A stretch of 64,000 nucleotides of DNA from an uncultured Pseudomonadota bacterium. Its GTDB lineage: Bacteria > Babelota > Babeliae > Babelales > JAUPTZ01. The stretch lies in the NCBI GenBank assembly GCA_964429275.1, contig CAYSBJ010000001.1:124001-188000 (forward strand), in the 5' to 3' direction. Every line of letters starts with the position of its first letter. Position 1 is the stretch's first letter. The translations under genes were made by a program, and so were the position numbers. This document shows, piece after piece, positions 60,009-64,000 of the stretch. The notes under the pieces were generated by a model. The model saw nothing but the letters and a program-made list of their open reading frames with translations, ran no database searches and was not told where the DNA came from.

Positions 60009-60191
60009 ATGAAGTGCCCTAAGTGTACTGGCATGATGGTGATGCAATCGTTTTTCAACCAATCGGTAAATTTCGAAGGGTGGAAATGCTTAAATTGTGG
60101 TAATGTAATAGAGAAGAAGAAGGTAACCATCAAGACGGACGTCTTTGGTGCATTTTATCAACGCCAAAAAATAAAAGATGAAAACAGCTAG
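60009..60191 (+). CDS. Small zinc-ribbon protein
   Basis: CPKC...WKCLNCG; GAGG RBS; overlaps the tsaB start. Confidence 0.7.
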   Translation: MKCPKCTGMMVMQSFFNQSVNFEGWKCLNCGNVIEKKKVTIKTDVFGAFYQRQKIKDENS

Positions 60192-60888
60192 AAATCAAAA
60201 GATCTTAGCCCTTTACGGGTCGTATCAGGAGCTCATTGTTGGTTTATTTGACGGTAGCACGTGCGTAGCGCAGCTGCATGCGGAGAGCCAGCGACTGAGC
60301 TCTTATCTTTTGGTGGCCATTCAAGAAGTGCTGCAGAAGGCGGCATGGCAATTAAGTGACTTGAGTTTTATTGCCGTTGATCAGGGCCCGGGTTCGTTCA
60401 ACAGTCTGCGCGCAATGCTGGCTACTATAAATGGCCTTGCTTATGCAAGCGGGATACCGTTGGTTGGCTGTGACGGCCTAACGGTTTTGGCCGATGCACT
60501 TATGGCGGCGAGCGATCGATCGGCCTCGCAGCTTCACATCGTGCTTTTAAATGCTTATAACAGCGAGCTTTATTATCGCATAGAGCACGTTTTTTCTGAT
60601 GGTAAGCGCGTGCTTGTATGCCCACCGGGCTATGCGACCATTCAAGATGTTGCAGCAAAAATAACCCAGGCTTCTGTGGATAAAAAATCGTTGCTGTATG
60701 CCGGCAACGGATATTCGCTTTTAATCGAGCAAGCTCCTGAATTAGCGGGTGAGTTTATGAAGGCAGAGCCATCTGAAATTATCACCTGCCTTGTGCATCA
60801 TGCTGTAGAGCAAAAAAAGGCTGGCACATCATCTGAATCATTGCAGGCTCTTTATTTGAAGGCACCGACCTACAAAAAAGTGTCCTAA
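60178..60888 (+). CDS. tsaB: tRNA threonylcarbamoyladenosine biosynthesis protein TsaB
   Basis: IAVDQGPGSF..LR, GLAY...PLVG, ELY, C-terminal LYLK. Confidence 0.85.
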   Translation: MKTARNQKILALYGSYQELIVGLFDGSTCVAQLHAESQRLSSYLLVAIQEVLQKAAWQLSDLSFIAVDQGPGSFNSLRAMLATINGLAYASGIPLVGCDGLTVLADALMAASDRSASQLHIVLLNAYNSELYYRIEHVFSDGKRVLVCPPGYATIQDVAAKITQASVDKKSLLYAGNGYSLLIEQAPELAGEFMKAEPSEIITCLVHHAVEQKKAGTSSESLQALYLKAPTYKKVS

Positions 60889-61290
60889 AATCGATAAAAA
60901 TAGCTGTCAGTATGCAATCTTGCTACTTGTAGCCTTCTTTTTTTTGTGACAAGACCACTTGCTTTAAAACCATGTAAAAGCTCTTCTGTGGCGCGGTAAC
61001 TCTACTTTTTTACTCTTTTGAGAAACGACATGTGTTTCTAAATTTGCAACACGCTCATTCTTGTGGTTTAGTGGGCGTACCCATTGGTTATTACAAACCG
61101 AATCAATATGAAACAGTTTTGTTTTGTGGTTAGGGTATGGTTGTAAGGGCAATAGAATGATTCGGTGGTGTAGGTTTCTGTAGCATGGCTGGTTTATGAA
61201 CTCAGAAGTGGCAAAGGCTTATCACTGCTCCGTGACGATATATATTCTATTGATACTTGCGTGTTGTTCAATTAAGAGCTGAGGATCGTC

Positions 61291-63042
61291 ATGGTTAGTA
61301 TTATCAATATTAAGCAATCTGTGTTTTTGAGTGTATTTCTATTTTTTAGTTTATTGAGTGTCACTGGTGAGGCAGCAGCGGTAGAGCAATCTCACGTTGA
61401 ATCTGGAGAGGTACTGTTGCCAGCTCTTGTAAATAATTTTCGGCAGGAACTTCACGTGTGCGGTAGTCGTCCGGAATTTAAAAGGCGTGTTGGGAATCAT
61501 AAAGTGGTTGTTTCCTCGTATGTCGACTATATCAAGGGCAGCAAGTGCGATGTATATATGTTTTTTGACGAGTGGCGTAGATCCGAATCAACTACTCATA
61601 GTGCGGGTTGGCAGTGTAATTGGAGCCCGCGCGGAAGCCGCCCTGAGGATAAGGAAAATTGGTGCGCGATTCGTGTTGATGACTCGCACACCCTTTTTGT
61701 GCCTGTAGAATATAGAAAGCGTTTTGCTGAAGACCTTTGCGAGTCTGATGCATCTCGCCTTGATAGTCCCGATAAAGAAGGATTTCTCGGCTTAGGAAGC
61801 TATAAACGTAAGACCTCTTTAAAGTCCAAAATGGAGCGGGCAGGGAAGAGGCTGCTAGGTGACGGCGCGCGAGCGCAAGAGCGCCTTTTTTTTGGAGTTT
61901 GCTCATTAGTATGTGCGGTGGTATTTGATGCGGTTTTCATACCGTACAAGAACGGTTTTCGCAACGATTATTTACTGTTTCCTGCGGAAAACAATGTGGT
62001 TTCTAAGCTTTTATTCGATCCTGAAGTTTATTCGATTAATTTTGCCATCTCTAATGATATTCATCCGCTGCAATGCCACGTTATGGCACTTTTGGTAGAT
62101 GACTGGGTTAAGCACAAGGGACTTTCAAAGGAGAGTGCTCGAAAGGTATTGCGCTCCCTTGATAGGGATCATTCTGCTCCAACAGCAATCCACTTATATG
62201 CTGAGTACGCCGATGAAGAGCATTACTCAGCAGAGCTTGCTGACGCAGCAACTGTTCGCTCTAGAGCTGATGATTTAAAGCGGTATGTAGCTGTTTTGTT
62301 CCGTGGAGCTCAGAGTGGCGCAGAGGGGGGGATCACGTCTTCTGTTTCCTTTGAGCGAAGTTTGGATCCTCTCGCTGATATAGTGAGAAAGGTGAAGGGC
62401 GAAGGGCCTCGTTGTCGGATACTTGGCACTCTTTTTCAGCTTGCTGATGAAGCAGTTGAGCAGAATTGGGCAGTGGGGTCGATTATTACGTGGCGTGCAT
62501 TAGCTATGCTGAGCTTTTTGAGTCGGTATGATGAGGTTGTTGAGAGAGTTGTAAATCTTCTTCAGGCGGTTTACGACCGTCCTGTCACCACAGACGAGGG
62601 GCAAAAGAAGAGCGAAGTTGGCCGGCTTCTTGCTAGTACGAGAGGGCGAGCGCTTGAGGCTCGATTGAAACGTGAGGAGGCTGAGGCTCAGCTCCTCAGT
62701 GTGAAAACTCGTAAAGAAGCAGAAGAAGCGGCGCAAGAAAAGGAGCGTGCAAGGGCAGCCCGAGCGAAGGGCACACGGCGCCCCGTACAACAATCAGGCT
62801 CTTTTGATGGTGTAACTGTCGGTCTGGACAAGCCCCTCTTATCTGATATGGGCGGGCTTTTGGATATCTCTCTTGATAGTACTACGCTCGATACCTCTTC
62901 TACGCGGACATCGACGTCCGGTGAGGGATCGATATCATCTGGCTCACCACACTCATTGCCTCGCAAAGTTGATACCATGGCTATTGATGAGTTATCTGAT
63001 GATGAGTCGGCGGCCTTGCTGAGGCCTGCTGAAGTTGTCTAA
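61291..63042 (+). CDS. Hypothetical exported protein with internal hydrophobic segment, coiled coil and Ser/acidic tail
   Basis: GAGG RBS, signal peptide, 583-aa ORF followed by a terminator. Confidence 0.75.
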   Translation: MVSIINIKQSVFLSVFLFFSLLSVTGEAAAVEQSHVESGEVLLPALVNNFRQELHVCGSRPEFKRRVGNHKVVVSSYVDYIKGSKCDVYMFFDEWRRSESTTHSAGWQCNWSPRGSRPEDKENWCAIRVDDSHTLFVPVEYRKRFAEDLCESDASRLDSPDKEGFLGLGSYKRKTSLKSKMERAGKRLLGDGARAQERLFFGVCSLVCAVVFDAVFIPYKNGFRNDYLLFPAENNVVSKLLFDPEVYSINFAISNDIHPLQCHVMALLVDDWVKHKGLSKESARKVLRSLDRDHSAPTAIHLYAEYADEEHYSAELADAATVRSRADDLKRYVAVLFRGAQSGAEGGITSSVSFERSLDPLADIVRKVKGEGPRCRILGTLFQLADEAVEQNWAVGSIITWRALAMLSFLSRYDEVVERVVNLLQAVYDRPVTTDEGQKKSEVGRLLASTRGRALEARLKREEAEAQLLSVKTRKEAEEAAQEKERARAARAKGTRRPVQQSGSFDGVTVGLDKPLLSDMGGLLDISLDSTTLDTSSTRTSTSGEGSISSGSPHSLPRKVDTMAIDELSDDESAALLRPAEVV

Positions 63043-63065
63043 GCGTACCCGCTTATAATCTTAAG

Positions 63066-63101
63066 AAAGGGGCCGGAGTGAATAATCTGGCCCCTTTTTT
63101 T
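63066..63101 (+). terminator. Intrinsic terminator
   Basis: aaaggggccgga / tctggccccttt stem followed by a T-tract. Confidence 0.8.
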
Positions 63102-63183
63102 GTACGGCATCCGTGTGTTTTGCCGTTTTTTCCTAAATTGGATGACGATGACAGACAGTTTTGCTTGGTTTTAACAGCGGTTG

Positions 63184-63212
63184 TTGACACTCGGCGATAT
63201 AACTCGTAGGCT
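63184..63212 (+). promoter_or_regulatory. Sigma70 promoter
   Basis: TTGACA-17nt-TAGGCT upstream of the AGGAGG RBS and ATG at 63249. Confidence 0.6.
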
Positions 63213-63248
63213 GACTTGCTCATGATTAATGAATCATAGGAGGATCGT

Positions 63249-64000
63249 ATGAGTAAAAAATGGTATATCGTTGCTGCCAGCTTTTTTATTATTTTTGCCT
63301 CTGGGTCGGCCCAGGCAAAGGAAAATCTGTTACCAAGATTCAAGCAAAAATTAGTCGAAACCTTTCGTGCCGCCGATGAGCAGTGCGAGGCTTTGCGTAC
63401 CCTTGTAGAGCACAAAGGGGTTAAGTTAGAAGAGTTATCGATGGAAGAAGTCGAAGAGACCACTAATAAGCTTAAATCGTATATTGATCGCCTAATGAAC
63501 CTCCAGCACGACATGGGGGGGCTGACAGAGGAAGAAAGTCGTCTGCTGGTGCTTGCCCAAGAGTTGCTTCATCAGTTGACGAATGCTCGAATCTCGTATA
63601 CCCAAAAAATTAATACCGACACTTCCGTGAAGAAAATTGCTATCTCGGTCGGGGCTGGTGTTGCCGTTTTTGGTGGGTTAATGTTGCTAAATACTCTTAC
63701 TTCGATCGATATTAGCGTAAGCGCGGCCTTGCTTTGTGGCTTAGCCACGGGCTGTATCGTTGGCATGGTAACGCACTATGATTCCTTGCTTCACAGTGTT
63801 CGCTCGGTATCTGACTTGGTACAGGGCTCACTATCGCATGGTCCGGCATGGCGTGAGGGTCTGAAGTCAGCTGCTGCCATAGGAGTAGTTGCCGCGACTG
63901 CAGGCGTTTTGTACGTTAAGCGCGGCGCAGTCCTTGACTGTTTCTCTTTTAAGAAGCGAGCGCAGAAGTCCTTGGAGGCCATGATTCAGGACGCTGGTTT
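63249..64000 (+). CDS. Hypothetical exported membrane protein (3' truncated by window edge; absent from the ORF track)
   Basis: AGGAGG RBS, MSKKWYIVAASFFIIFASGSAQA signal peptide, coiled coil, hydrophobic hairpin; frame open to the window end. Confidence 0.75.
   Translation, partial: MSKKWYIVAASFFIIFASGSAQAKENLLPRFKQKLVETFRAADEQCEALRTLVEHKGVKLEELSMEEVEETTNKLKSYIDRLMNLQHDMGGLTEEESRLLVLAQELLHQLTNARISYTQKINTDTSVKKIAISVGAGVAVFGGLMLLNTLTSIDISVSAALLCGLATGCIVGMVTHYDSLLHSVRSVSDLVQGSLSHGPAWREGLKSAAAIGVVAATAGVLYVKRGAVLDCFSFKKRAQKSLEAMIQDAG

Noticed and set aside
60675..60683. Isolated perfect DnaA box inside tsaB
   Set aside because: A single 9-mer within a CDS; compatible with chance.
60889..61290. 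400-bp intergenic region with a 62-aa minus-strand ORF
   Set aside because: No convincing RBS, motif, repeat or stable multi-helix structure.
1..64000. Prophage, IS, integron, rRNA or tRNA genes
   Set aside because: No integrase, transposase or phage structural motifs, terminal inverted repeats or cloverleaf sequences were recognised by eye.

Overview
64 kb of compact bacterial chromosome spanning the replication origin. The host is inferred from gene content to be a host-associated bacterium, plausibly Candidatus Dependentiae/Babeliae (TM6); this was not verified. oriC sits at ~5840-6140 between nusA and a family-4 uracil-DNA glycosylase, with no dnaA in the window. It has two inverted arrays of phased DnaA boxes, a DnaA-trio/AT-rich element and an apparent C-rich to G-rich skew switch. 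Housekeeping genes are trhO, infB, nusA, secG, mlaE/mlaF, moxR, leuS, recO-like, an MscK-like channel, thyX, recD2, smpB, tsaD, rho, secF, rpmA, polA, yqgF/ruvX and tsaB. They are interleaved with many signal-peptide orphans and exported proteases (2 clostripain C11, 2 tandem M16, 3 M48-like of which 2 lack the catalytic motif). Highlights: (1) a tight operon of gspC, two paralogous GspD secretins, GspL/GspM-like genes, a minimal ComEC and a clostripain; (2) a secreted, membrane-anchored disordered protein with four LC8/dynein-light-chain-type QT motifs (three at exact 31-aa spacing) and about 20 S/T-P sites; (3) further candidate host-directed proteins (dileucine-motif tail, Inc-like protein); (4) a LeuRS with a rewritten editing-site motif; (5) several unexplained structured intergenic regions. 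No rRNA, tRNA, CRISPR or mobile element was recognised.
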